Source: a virus (Duplodnaviria; Caudoviricetes). From it: a stretch of 35,726 nt of DNA. The notes beneath the pieces were generated by a model. That model saw nothing but the letters and a program-made list of their open reading frames with translations, ran no database searches and had not been told where the DNA came from. Positions 15,856-25,879 of this stretch are shown here, one piece after another. The DNA lies in the IMG/VR virus record IMGVR_UViG_3300034341_000241, positions 1 through 35,726 of that record. The stretch is one strand, 5' to 3'. How positions within the stretch are numbered: position 1 is the first letter of the stretch; each line of letters starts with the position of its first letter. The translations under genes were made by a program, and so were the position numbers.

Positions 15856-18800
15856 ATGGAAGTATATGAAGAAGAAGGACCACAACCTGAAGTATATGAG
15901 GAAGTGGTTCCACCACAAGTGGATATAAATCAACGGAACACTGATGCGTTAGATGAGGCTTCATTAGCCGCTTCTCGTGGAGAGTCTTATGAAGAAAAGT
16001 TCCAACAAGTAAGCCAAGATCCTGTTTACCGTCCTTTGGATGGATTTGAGCGTGCTGAGAAATACACTCCTATTTACATGCAGGACGTAGAGAAGTCTAT
16101 TACCGCCAAGCAAGAGTTGGGAGAAGAGGTTGACCGGCAAGCCGTAGTAGACAATGTGACTTCCTATCAGGAAGGGTCTATGGGGGCTTGGGAAGGCTAT
16201 AGGTCACAGGTTGATTTGCATCCACAGGCGGAATATTTAGATGATGTCCAGAAAAACAAAATAGCCACTATTAGTTATTTGCAGGATAAATCCAGCCAAG
16301 TTTTTGATGAAATGGGTTGGACAGATTGGGCTGAAGAAATAGGCACTATGGTTGTATCTCCTGATATGGAGAATCTTCGTATGAGTGAGGTAGCTGACTT
16401 GGTGGGTATGGATTTTACCCTGAAGGACGGTATTAACTACGTAGACTTCTTAGGCCGTTTATCTGCTCATATTAAGGAGCTTCCTCCTAAAGAGTCTGTA
16501 GAGACTATTGATACAATCATCGAAGGCTGGGAAGACATATTAGGGAATAACCGATTTTCTTTAGGTGTCCTCCTTAAAAACCTAACAGGGGACTATAATC
16601 ACGATACTGAGAAAATGATGATTGGTCTGGGGACGCTGGACCAAGCGTTGTCTACTACAATTATTGGCACTGCCGCCGGTAGAATTATTAAGAGTGTTAA
16701 CGCTATTAATAAAGCAAGTAAAATGAATAACGTTCAAGCCCTTTCGGAGATAGTTAAGAAAGGTGTTAAGTTTGAGCTAGTTCCTAATGGAGTTGATGCA
16801 GAAGATGCGGCAGGAACTATCATGCCGCTAAGTACAATCAATACACTGTCTCCGGGAGCTAACAACAGGTTGGCTCCTCAAATAGTTAAAGAGCAAAGTA
16901 AAGTAGACATTCATTTAGCAGAAGTGGATAGACTAAATTCCTTCGGAGTGGGCCTAACCCCTAAAGAACAAGATATTGCGGTAGCACGTAAGATCAAGCA
17001 GATGGAAGAGGAAGAAGGTTTACTGGGTGTTTCCGAAGTTTCTCGTACTGACAAGGGAGTTACGGTCAAGTACCGGACAGGTGCGGGAGAGAAAGAGCAG
17101 GTTCGTGAAGCTGTCTATACTCTTGATGACGTAGGTAACTTCTCCTCGGACGGTGTAAAAGGCTATCGTCTATATGACTTCAAGATAACTTCCGCTAACT
17201 TCCGTTTTTGGGAGGATAGAAAGTTTTTGGTACAGTTACCCGAACAGATGCAGTTTCAGGCAGCTAAGATCCGGGAATCCTATGACAAAGCTATTAAAGG
17301 GGCTTTAGGTTCGTTGAACCGTACCTCCTTCAGTAAAGTAGATCAGCTTCTTACTCAAGGAGATGAAGCTGCTGAGACATACAGCAGACAGGATCTGACA
17401 AGCGGTGTTACAGGTATTAGGTACACAGAGGCAGAGGCGGATGCCTATGCAGGGATACGTCAAGTAGTAGACCACATGTACCATTCTAAAAATAAGCAGA
17501 TACTGGACTCTTGGAAAGCTTCTGGTATTAAGGTTACCGAGTGGGCAGGACAGACCCAGCCTATGAAACGGTACGGAGATGTACAGTCCGCCCTGACAGG
17601 GTTTAGGCAAGCAAAGACACGAACTCACATGATTGGAATAAATCAAGGTGATGGCAAGTTCGATAGATTCATCTTTGATGGTCCTAACGACATGGACGAT
17701 GAATGGCTTAAGGCTAAGTATGCGGAAGGTTATGAACTGTCCCGTGTAACTAACGGCAGGCTCCTTGACATGGGTGATACTCAAGCTGAGTGGGCTTTAG
17801 TCAAGAAAGGCGACTTTAGAGAGCCTTCAGGTATGGTACTAGGCCGCAGAGAAGGCTACATGCCTAAGATTAGAAAGAATGGCCATTTCTTTGTTAAACG
17901 TATGACAGAGACGAGTATCGGAGGCAAAATGGTCTCAGGTGTTCCTAATACTATCCGTTACTTCGATAACCATGCAGACGCTAAGAAGTGGATAGAGAGA
18001 CAAGATGATGCAGACGATCTGAAAATACTTGCGGATGGCGAGATGTCGGCAGCAGCCCGCGAGGATGAGTATACTAATATCTCTGGGGGGCTGTTTACAG
18101 GAGCACGTAAACAGACGGAAATTCCTTTCGGCCTAGAAGAACAGGTGAGAACCGGGGAAAGAGCTGACGCTTTACACGGTTTACAGCGTTATGTCAACCA
18201 CCTAGCCAAGCAGATGCCCTACAACCTCTATAGGATGGGGTTACGGCAACGTTGGGAGAAGACTGCTAGAGATCTAGGGGCTTTGGATAAACGCGCTGTA
18301 GGGGCCTTTGACGAGCTTGTAGAGCAACTTGATAGAAAGCATCCTTCCTACGGTTTCTTAAACGATGGCCATAATCAGGTAAGTTTAATTAGCGGTGTAC
18401 CGACAGCAGAGGAAAAAGCCGCTAGAGCAGCCTCTGGTGCTATGGCCATGTGGTTGGAAAGGTTTGGCCCGTTTGGGAAGAAATTGGCGGCCAAAGTACA
18501 CGGTAAGGACATGGCGTCAGAAATATCTGGTGTAATGCGTGGAGCCACGTTTCATACATTACTAGGTATGTATAACCCCGCTCAGTATCTGATTCAGGCA
18601 AGTGGTGCATTGATTGCTTTTTCTATTAATCCAGTACACGCTACGAAGGCTATAGGTCAGTCTATGGCGTTCCAAGTACTTGACCGTATGGTGGCACGTA
18701 ATCCCCGGAAGATGGATGACTACTTGAAGTGGATGGAAGCTAGAGGTATTGATACAGAGGGCTATAAGCTATGGAATAAGAGTGGGCTAAAGCAGAGTAT

Positions 18801-20112
18801 TACTTCTGCTAACGTGGACTACGAGGGCTTGTGGGCAGATCTACCTTATGACGCTGGCTTGTTTCGTAGAGTTATGGCTAATGACACTTTCTTCTTCAAG
18901 TCAGGTGAATTAGTATCAGCGCGGGTAAGTTTTGCTACTGCGTACAACAGATGGAAGACTTTGCATAAAGGTAAGGAAGTTACTGACTCGGATCTTCCTG
19001 ACATTCTAGCACGTACTGAACAGTACCGCTTGAACATGTCAAGAGCGAACAGCGCTAAGTTCCAGTCAGGTATGCTAAGTGTTCCTACACAGTTCCAGCA
19101 AGTTAATACTAAGTTCATGGAGAAGCTCTTTGGGAGAGGCGAACTGACTGCGGCAGAGAAAATCAGGATGGCTTCAGGACAGGCTGCTTTCTTTGGGGCT
19201 ATGGGTGTTCCTATCGTTGGGTATATAACACCTGTGTTGATGGACCACTTAGGCTTGAACGCAGAGACATTGAACGAAGAAGAACTTACCTTGGTACGTA
19301 ACGGTGCTTTAACGTGGTTATTCAACGACTATATGGACATTAACAGCGTAATTTCGGGGCGTATGACGTTAGGTGGGGACTTTGTGGAAAAGGTCTTTAA
19401 CGCGGCTGTAGAGCCTACTAGGGCCATTGAAGTGTTGGCTGGGCCTTCTTACAGTATCATGGAGAAGTCGATGAATGGTATATGGAACGTCCGTACCGCA
19501 CTATCTGCGGATTTCTCGGCAGAAGGTTTAGATGTTAATAAGGTAGCTGTAGTCACTGAAGTACTTGCCAAGTCACTCGCGCAGTTCGCAGGACCCGTAG
19601 CTAACAGCCTTAAGGCTTACGACATGACGCATAGCAAGTTCTACAAGAACCGTGCAGGTCGTCCTATCTTTGAGTGGACAGATCTTAACGCACAAACTAT
19701 ATTGTTCCAAGCGTTAGGTTTCTCCCCTACAGAGGTAGCAGACTACTACGAGATTAATAACCGTAATGGCGGCATGATTCCTACGGGAATGGCTAACTTA
19801 GATGCCAAGCGAATTACGTTTATTATGAACATGTTAGATGGTTCGGATGACGAAGATTCTACTCAAGCTATGTTGTGGGCTATCAACACAATTAAGTCTA
19901 AGTATAAGCCGGAAGATCAAGTTAAGTTAATTAAACAAGTAACCAATCTAATCAAGCATCCAGAAGATGTCTGGGAAGATAATACTAGGAAGTTATTAGA
20001 GGGATGGACATCAGAACTGTCTGACGGTTTCGGTAGCATGGTCCGTCTATCTAAAGCGAAGACCAACCCCAGAGTAGCTAGAGAGTTGGATGAGAGAGGT
20101 ATTAAAGAATAA
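15856..20112 (+). CDS. Large internal virion (ejection) protein
   Basis: 1418 aa, helical, Cys-free, with hydrophobic segments in the C-terminal third; position after the nozzle. Confidence 0.75.
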   Translation: MEVYEEEGPQPEVYEEVVPPQVDINQRNTDALDEASLAASRGESYEEKFQQVSQDPVYRPLDGFERAEKYTPIYMQDVEKSITAKQELGEEVDRQAVVDNVTSYQEGSMGAWEGYRSQVDLHPQAEYLDDVQKNKIATISYLQDKSSQVFDEMGWTDWAEEIGTMVVSPDMENLRMSEVADLVGMDFTLKDGINYVDFLGRLSAHIKELPPKESVETIDTIIEGWEDILGNNRFSLGVLLKNLTGDYNHDTEKMMIGLGTLDQALSTTIIGTAAGRIIKSVNAINKASKMNNVQALSEIVKKGVKFELVPNGVDAEDAAGTIMPLSTINTLSPGANNRLAPQIVKEQSKVDIHLAEVDRLNSFGVGLTPKEQDIAVARKIKQMEEEEGLLGVSEVSRTDKGVTVKYRTGAGEKEQVREAVYTLDDVGNFSSDGVKGYRLYDFKITSANFRFWEDRKFLVQLPEQMQFQAAKIRESYDKAIKGALGSLNRTSFSKVDQLLTQGDEAAETYSRQDLTSGVTGIRYTEAEADAYAGIRQVVDHMYHSKNKQILDSWKASGIKVTEWAGQTQPMKRYGDVQSALTGFRQAKTRTHMIGINQGDGKFDRFIFDGPNDMDDEWLKAKYAEGYELSRVTNGRLLDMGDTQAEWALVKKGDFREPSGMVLGRREGYMPKIRKNGHFFVKRMTETSIGGKMVSGVPNTIRYFDNHADAKKWIERQDDADDLKILADGEMSAAAREDEYTNISGGLFTGARKQTEIPFGLEEQVRTGERADALHGLQRYVNHLAKQMPYNLYRMGLRQRWEKTARDLGALDKRAVGAFDELVEQLDRKHPSYGFLNDGHNQVSLISGVPTAEEKAARAASGAMAMWLERFGPFGKKLAAKVHGKDMASEISGVMRGATFHTLLGMYNPAQYLIQASGALIAFSINPVHATKAIGQSMAFQVLDRMVARNPRKMDDYLKWMEARGIDTEGYKLWNKSGLKQSITSANVDYEGLWADLPYDAGLFRRVMANDTFFFKSGELVSARVSFATAYNRWKTLHKGKEVTDSDLPDILARTEQYRLNMSRANSAKFQSGMLSVPTQFQQVNTKFMEKLFGRGELTAAEKIRMASGQAAFFGAMGVPIVGYITPVLMDHLGLNAETLNEEELTLVRNGALTWLFNDYMDINSVISGRMTLGGDFVEKVFNAAVEPTRAIEVLAGPSYSIMEKSMNGIWNVRTALSADFSAEGLDVNKVAVVTEVLAKSLAQFAGPVANSLKAYDMTHSKFYKNRAGRPIFEWTDLNAQTILFQALGFSPTEVADYYEINNRNGGMIPTGMANLDAKRITFIMNMLDGSDDEDSTQAMLWAINTIKSKYKPEDQVKLIKQVTNLIKHPEDVWEDNTRKLLEGWTSELSDGFGSMVRLSKAKTNPRVARELDERGIKE

Positions 20113-22247
20113 TGACGGAATTTAAAAGAGATTTAGCAAGTTCTAACCACCAAGCTAGAGGTATTACCGTTCACGGTGATCCTAGAGCGGCCCAAAAACA
20201 GCAGCTAGTCGAGATGACTAGCCAGCTCGTTAAGGGGGTAGGCTCTGGGTATGCAGTAGGCAAGGGAGAGGAGCAGTTAGGTGTGGAGGAGACGCAGGAA
20301 CAAGCTGACGCTTTTGTAGCAGAAGCTTTCCGTGCGCCTCATAGCAAGTTAGGGGACGTTGTTCACACAGGGGGTGGGGAGACGATCCCTACCTCCGAGC
20401 CTACTAAGGAACAGGTTTCAGAACAGCGAGCAGCGTTCTTATCTAAGGCAGACTTGAATGATAAACGCATTCAATCCGCTCTGGATCAAGGCCGTATTAG
20501 CAGCACTGAAGCTAACAATCGTCGTATCCAGAACCGTAAAGAGTTTGCTAGTAATCCTATCTCTGCTTTGTTTATCGCAGACTATGATCGCACGGTTGGT
20601 GGTGGATCGGCTGGGGCGGCTAGGGGAGCTTTCTTCGGGAAAACTACTCAAGAGAAAGCGCAGGAAAAGATCCTCACAGATCGCATCGTACAGGCAGATA
20701 AGGATGAACAAGCTGCGGAATCTATATCACAGAAGCGGAACATCCCTATTGAGATTTCCCGCAAACTTATCGCGGATCACAAAGCCACGCAACAAGAAGT
20801 TCTAATGCTTACAGAAAGGGAGAAGTTAGGTAAACTAGGGGCATCAGACGCATACAGATTGCATGCAGGTAAAACTATGCCGGTGTATGAGCAGGTTACT
20901 CGTGAGCTACAGAAAGTTATAACAGCGTCAGAGGCAGGAGCTAGCGCGGAGTCCGCCAACGCTTTTAGGACTTCCCTCAACCTCAAGGAATCTGAAATTC
21001 TGTTACAAATAGAAGGCAGTAACATGATGCCTTCTGTTAAAGACAAGGAGAAGGAAAGGACTAAGGCGATATTCACAGGTATTCGAGACCAGTTGAAGGA
21101 TTCTTCCTTTACATCTTCCTTTACTCGCTTGAAAGAAGAGAAAGCGGCTGAGATAGCGCACAAAGTCACTTTTAGGCAATCGCAATTTATCGACAGTTCC
21201 CCTTCAATTCTAAATGCGTTTGCTATAGGAGGAGAGAAGAATATTGTAACGATGATGGATCTTATGATTAACGCTCAATCTATGGCTGATAAATTCGGTA
21301 TTGCAACCAATCCTATGTACGGACTTCTTTTAAACGGCCCGCCAGAGGACACCGTAGCCGCTATAGATGGGGGTATGGGGAAAGTGATTAAAGGGGATGG
21401 AGCACTAGAGGCTAACGAGAGTATTGCTGTAGCTCTGGCTCAAGGGAAAGTAGGTGTCCCTACACTGATGGCGGAAGCTTTAAAGGCTAACCCAGAAGGT
21501 GTTAAGGAGGTACTTAGTCAAGTTAAGAACTTACGTTTAGACGTATTAGCGAATGATAAAGAAATTCAATCACTAGCTAAGTCAGATCCTGAGTTGATAA
21601 AAGTGTACATGGACACAGCTGCTAGAGACGTTATCTCTACACAGATCGGTTCAGGGGGCGAAGTCCCTGAATACGTTAAGATTACGGCCCCTAAACGTAC
21701 TCAGGGACGGGGTAAGTCAGGTAGGCGCACAGGCAACAGGTGGATTCTAGATGGAGGCGGTGTTCCTCTAGGGGAAGGGTACAAGGCGCAGATGATCGGC
21801 ATGTACAAGCTTGCACAGAAGAATCCCTCTATGTGGAATAAAGACTTTTCCTCCATCGAGCAGTTTGTTAATAGCAAGTTCGTCCTTAACGGCCCTGTAG
21901 CATCGGAGCAGGATGTTATAGAGGAGAAAGTTTTTGAGAAAAAGGGTATAGGAAGATTCCCTGACCGAGATCCAGCCGTTAGTGGGTGGACGGAAGAGGA
22001 AAAGGGAGACATCAGAACTACCTTAGAGGAAGAACAAGAGGAGTTTGATAAAGCGATGGCGGATATAGACCTAACGCCGGAGCAACAGAGGCGGGTAGCT
22101 GATGCGATTGATATATTTAATATTCGCGGTAATAGGGCCCCTACTCGTACTCGTAGGGAAGTTCAAGCTGGCTTTGATAAGGATGAACAAGAGAGAATGG
22201 ATAAAGTTCTCGAAGACTTAGAGAAGCAATACAGCGATCTTAAATAA
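20112..22247 (+). CDS. Internal virion (ejection) protein
   Basis: 711 aa, helical, Cys-free; TAATG coupling with the upstream gene. Confidence 0.7.
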   Translation: MTEFKRDLASSNHQARGITVHGDPRAAQKQQLVEMTSQLVKGVGSGYAVGKGEEQLGVEETQEQADAFVAEAFRAPHSKLGDVVHTGGGETIPTSEPTKEQVSEQRAAFLSKADLNDKRIQSALDQGRISSTEANNRRIQNRKEFASNPISALFIADYDRTVGGGSAGAARGAFFGKTTQEKAQEKILTDRIVQADKDEQAAESISQKRNIPIEISRKLIADHKATQQEVLMLTEREKLGKLGASDAYRLHAGKTMPVYEQVTRELQKVITASEAGASAESANAFRTSLNLKESEILLQIEGSNMMPSVKDKEKERTKAIFTGIRDQLKDSSFTSSFTRLKEEKAAEIAHKVTFRQSQFIDSSPSILNAFAIGGEKNIVTMMDLMINAQSMADKFGIATNPMYGLLLNGPPEDTVAAIDGGMGKVIKGDGALEANESIAVALAQGKVGVPTLMAEALKANPEGVKEVLSQVKNLRLDVLANDKEIQSLAKSDPELIKVYMDTAARDVISTQIGSGGEVPEYVKITAPKRTQGRGKSGRRTGNRWILDGGGVPLGEGYKAQMIGMYKLAQKNPSMWNKDFSSIEQFVNSKFVLNGPVASEQDVIEEKVFEKKGIGRFPDRDPAVSGWTEEEKGDIRTTLEEEQEEFDKAMADIDLTPEQQRRVADAIDIFNIRGNRAPTRTRREVQAGFDKDEQERMDKVLEDLEKQYSDLK

Positions 22248-22263
22248 ACAGAAGAGAAGCTAA

Positions 22264-23061
22264 ATGGAAAAGAATTTTGATTACTACTCCAACCTAGCTC
22301 AGAAAGCTCTGGAGGCAGGTAACAAGGAACATGCTGGCGTATTTATGGACAAGGTACGTTCGCTTGCTGCCGCTCCAGTAGCTGCTCCACAGGCGGAGGC
22401 CGTGGATTCTGAAGTTAACCAAGCTGCTATTGATGTCCCTGATGACAGAACAGCGTATGATGGGGCCGTCCAAGAAGAAGCTATTAGTAGCCCTCCTAGA
22501 GAAACACCTGAACAAACACACTTCTTAGACCTTATGGCGGAAGTTGAGGGTGTCAAACGTCATCAAGGAGCAGAGGCTAATGATAAAGATACTCATGGTT
22601 ATGGTTTAAAGGAAAGCACTCGTAAATCTTTAGACATTCCTGTGAACGAAGATCCTAGAGTTATGGCTACACAAGCTTATGACCACTTCTATAAGCTATC
22701 TAAAAAGAGTGTAAAAAACTTAGATAGTATGGACAATCCAACTAAGACTTTTATAGTTTCAACTGCATGGAACACTAACATGGTGTTTGGCAGTGCTAAG
22801 AGAATAGCGGAAGCAAAAGACTTTAAATTAGCGGATGTCAAAGAGTATGTTAGTAATATACGAACTGGTCAGAAGAACTTGGCAGGACTGGGGAATAGAA
22901 GGGCTAAGGATTATAATATATTAGCAGAGAATAGAGGGTGGCCTACGATTGACAAGGTTGAGTGGACTACTGAAGGGGGAACATTTCATTTCTCCGATGG
23001 TAATACCGCCAAAATAAATAAAAACGTAGAGCCTACTAAAACACCTGTGATTAATTTATAA
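22264..23061 (+). CDS. GH24 / T4-lysozyme-like muramidase with N-terminal extension (virion-associated lysin or endolysin)
   Basis: E95-G...E104...T110-HGYG matches T4L E11/D20/T26 spacing; IVSTAWN resembles LVSFAFN; NLAGLGNRRAKD resembles VLPGLVxRRxxE. Confidence 0.7.
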   Translation: MEKNFDYYSNLAQKALEAGNKEHAGVFMDKVRSLAAAPVAAPQAEAVDSEVNQAAIDVPDDRTAYDGAVQEEAISSPPRETPEQTHFLDLMAEVEGVKRHQGAEANDKDTHGYGLKESTRKSLDIPVNEDPRVMATQAYDHFYKLSKKSVKNLDSMDNPTKTFIVSTAWNTNMVFGSAKRIAEAKDFKLADVKEYVSNIRTGQKNLAGLGNRRAKDYNILAENRGWPTIDKVEWTTEGGTFHFSDGNTAKINKNVEPTKTPVINL

Positions 23062-23126
23062 CTTTAAACTAAAGAGACTTTAATATGACTGATACAATTA
23101 ATATTGGAGCATGAGGAGGATACTAA

Positions 23127-23408
23127 GTGAAGGTTTTAGTACTAACGATTACCTTATTACTGGCTAGTTGTACCCCTCTAGACTTCGTTAAGACTGCACT
23201 AGGAGGTGGCTCCGGCCCCTCCTTGGAAGTTGAGACTACCGTAGGGGATAAGAAGCAAGAAATACAAATGGGTGATGAGGTTACAGCAGAGACTGTAGAG
23301 ATTCACAATGAATTAGACTATTGGCTGTTAATCATTGCAATAGTGGGGTGGGTTGCTCCTACACCACAGGATATGGCTAAGGCGGTTTTGGAGAGGTTCA
23401 GTAAATGA
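23127..23408 (+). CDS. Unimolecular spanin (u-spanin)
   Basis: GAGGAGG SD and GTG start; lipobox LASC; periplasmic beta segment; C-terminal TM YWLLIIAIVGWVAPTP; T1 gp11-type topology. Confidence 0.78.
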   Translation: MKVLVLTITLLLASCTPLDFVKTALGGGSGPSLEVETTVGDKKQEIQMGDEVTAETVEIHNELDYWLLIIAIVGWVAPTPQDMAKAVLERFSK

Positions 23409-25600
23409 CAATCAGGTATATAGACGAGCAAGCTCTCGTTAACTCTGCTACATACGATCTAGTAAGTAGGACTACAGGAAGCGGTTCTGATAACTGTTAT
23501 GCTACTTTGGGGGATGCCTATGCTGATGCGGTAGACGGTGTTGATGAGATACGTTGGAGGGAAGGCGACTACGCTGAGGCCACTAACACTATTATAACCA
23601 AAGCTTTGTCGATTGGGCCGTATGGTGACGAAACTGTAACGCTTACGGCTAATACAGGGGCTACGCAGTTCCTGACATTAAATGCGGCAGTAATTGTTGA
23701 CATAGGGGCTAACGACTTTACCTTGATTGGCGGTACAGGCGTTTCAGCTTCTGACAACATGGTGTGGTTTAGAGAACCCGCTGTTTCTATAGTATCGGGC
23801 GGTGGTAAATTGTATTTAAAAAGCCCTGCCGGTAACTTAGTAAGAGGTCCGCTGTCTGGGGCTGGGACTGTTAGTCTTTCTAACTTAAAGCTAGGTACTA
23901 GTACCTCTATGTGTTATTCCAGCCAAGCGTCCGCTTTAATACTAGATGGCGTAGAAATTGTGGACGGAGCTAACCTTGAGATCAGGTCTGTCAGTACTGA
24001 CCTTGCTCTGGTCTTGAATGACCCTGTTTGCCTATATACCATTAATGGGCCATACATAAATAACCTAAGCACAAGCTCTACAGTGGTCGTTAATGATCCT
24101 TATTTTATCGGCTGTTCTGCGGGAACTACTAATGCTTCTGCGGAAATAGAGAATTCTAATGCAACTGCGGGTAGCATAAGTATTAATAAGGTTTCTAAGG
24201 AGTCTCCTATCGTACAGCCCTGTGTTACTAACAGACAGGGGTGGATAACCTACGGGGGTAATATAGTACTAGGAGCTGGCGTTAAGACTACTGAGGCGGT
24301 TAGCGGTCTTGGTGAAGGTGAAGGAAAAATGTCGTTAATGTTCTTTGATAGCTCGATGGCTACCGATGGACATACTGCGGGCTACATCACTGCGTCCCAG
24401 AATAACGGGAATGCGCCCCTTTCCTATTACCCTGACGATGCCTTAAATTTAGGGGTTGTTAGTGCTTTAACTGATGGATGCCAAGATTGGGTTGATGCTG
24501 GTTTAGAGTTAGGCACAGCGGGACTTAGTGGGACAGACGACTGGAGCGAAACAACTTTACCTTTTTACTTTGAGTATACAGGTGCCGGTGTGGGAGAGAT
24601 TGTAGTATCCGCTAGTGGCACACAGTGGGAAGTATTCGAGAACCGTTTATCGGTTGTTGTTTATAATACGGATGCCGGAGAGAGTGAAGAGTTTTTAAAT
24701 AAGTTCACTACAGGAGTGCTTCGGAAAATAGATGCACTTGCAAATTGGTCAGTCCTCCCAAGTGATCTAGGTACGTTAGCAAATGCGGGCTGGGATGACA
24801 CCTATACAACTATCATCACAACTAACGGCACTTACACAGCACCAGCAACAATGGGTCCGCTTACTCCAGAAATGCCTATTAACTCACAGGTTAGGTTTGA
24901 TTTAGACATTGACGGAGCTAGGGCTTTACACGGACAACATTTAAGCGAAGAACCTAAATCCATATTGTTTTACGCTTCAGGTAATACGGAGCTAACGGCA
25001 TATCATGGGTATGCTCAAGCGGCTGGTTATACTTCTACCGTGTCCCAATACACCAACAATGGCGTGATTCCGTTAAGACAGCCGATTGGAAGTGATGCGA
25101 TAAAATATCAAAGATCTTTTAAACTTGAGGATACAAATAACCTATTCAAAGGTGATGTAGCTGCATATAACCTACTATCCGCTGCCCAAAAAGAGGCACA
25201 GATTCGGGAATCAATGGATGTCTTATCCACCTACTGTAAAGCTATTGGGGGCTACTTTCCTATACAGTTCACCCATTTCCCTGCGGGGGGTGCAATATTC
25301 ACGGGGGATGAAATAGACTGGATACTCAGTCAAGGAATATCCAACGGGATTAGTTTTGTAACCTTGTCGGAAATAACGGCAGCGGGAGGGACGCTTGTAG
25401 CATTCAACGATGCCATGTACGCGCATATGAAAGGATTGAGTGTGGATGGATCGACCAGCGACATGAGAGCGGAGTTGCTTGCTTCTTTGCCTTACCGTAC
25501 CAACGATGACCTGCATGGATACCTATACGGTTTAGGGTACAGAGGTTCCTTAACAGACATGCGTTACGCGGCGATAAAGGCGGGGGACTTGACCTTATGA
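23405..25600 (+). CDS. Tailspike-like protein: beta-helix plus degenerate CE4 deacetylase-like domain plus small helical C-terminal domain
   Basis: Beta-helix cap YATLGDAYADA..EIRWREGDY; NodB-like pattern LMFFDS / LELGTAG / ILFYASG / GGYFPIQFTH / FVTLSEI. Confidence 0.6.
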   Translation: MTIRYIDEQALVNSATYDLVSRTTGSGSDNCYATLGDAYADAVDGVDEIRWREGDYAEATNTIITKALSIGPYGDETVTLTANTGATQFLTLNAAVIVDIGANDFTLIGGTGVSASDNMVWFREPAVSIVSGGGKLYLKSPAGNLVRGPLSGAGTVSLSNLKLGTSTSMCYSSQASALILDGVEIVDGANLEIRSVSTDLALVLNDPVCLYTINGPYINNLSTSSTVVVNDPYFIGCSAGTTNASAEIENSNATAGSISINKVSKESPIVQPCVTNRQGWITYGGNIVLGAGVKTTEAVSGLGEGEGKMSLMFFDSSMATDGHTAGYITASQNNGNAPLSYYPDDALNLGVVSALTDGCQDWVDAGLELGTAGLSGTDDWSETTLPFYFEYTGAGVGEIVVSASGTQWEVFENRLSVVVYNTDAGESEEFLNKFTTGVLRKIDALANWSVLPSDLGTLANAGWDDTYTTIITTNGTYTAPATMGPLTPEMPINSQVRFDLDIDGARALHGQHLSEEPKSILFYASGNTELTAYHGYAQAAGYTSTVSQYTNNGVIPLRQPIGSDAIKYQRSFKLEDTNNLFKGDVAAYNLLSAAQKEAQIRESMDVLSTYCKAIGGYFPIQFTHFPAGGAIFTGDEIDWILSQGISNGISFVTLSEITAAGGTLVAFNDAMYAHMKGLSVDGSTSDMRAELLASLPYRTNDDLHGYLYGLGYRGSLTDMRYAAIKAGDLTL

Positions 25601-25872
25601 AGAACTCGGATCTATTCGCCTTAGAGACAGTCGTAATGGCTATCTTGTTAAGTATCGGTTCTTGGACAGCTCTAGAGTCTGTTTCTCACGGAGAAGCTAT
25701 AGCAGCCTTCCAAGTGGAGCATAAATCTAACAACCATACAAAGGAAGTTGTTGAACAAATGGTACAGAGTGTTGTGAGGCTAGAGGAAGGGCAAAAGCAC
25801 CTGATGACAAACATGGAAGATAATGGGGAGAGGCTTAAGGAGTTGACTAAGGCAGTCAATAAGCTAAAGTAG
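25597..25872 (+). CDS. Single-TM coiled-coil protein, holin candidate
   Basis: One N-terminal hydrophobic helix, C-terminal coiled coil with basic end; last gene of the arm; ATGA coupling. Confidence 0.5.
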   Translation: MKNSDLFALETVVMAILLSIGSWTALESVSHGEAIAAFQVEHKSNNHTKEVVEQMVQSVVRLEEGQKHLMTNMEDNGERLKELTKAVNKLK

Positions 25873-25879
25873 GAAGGAT

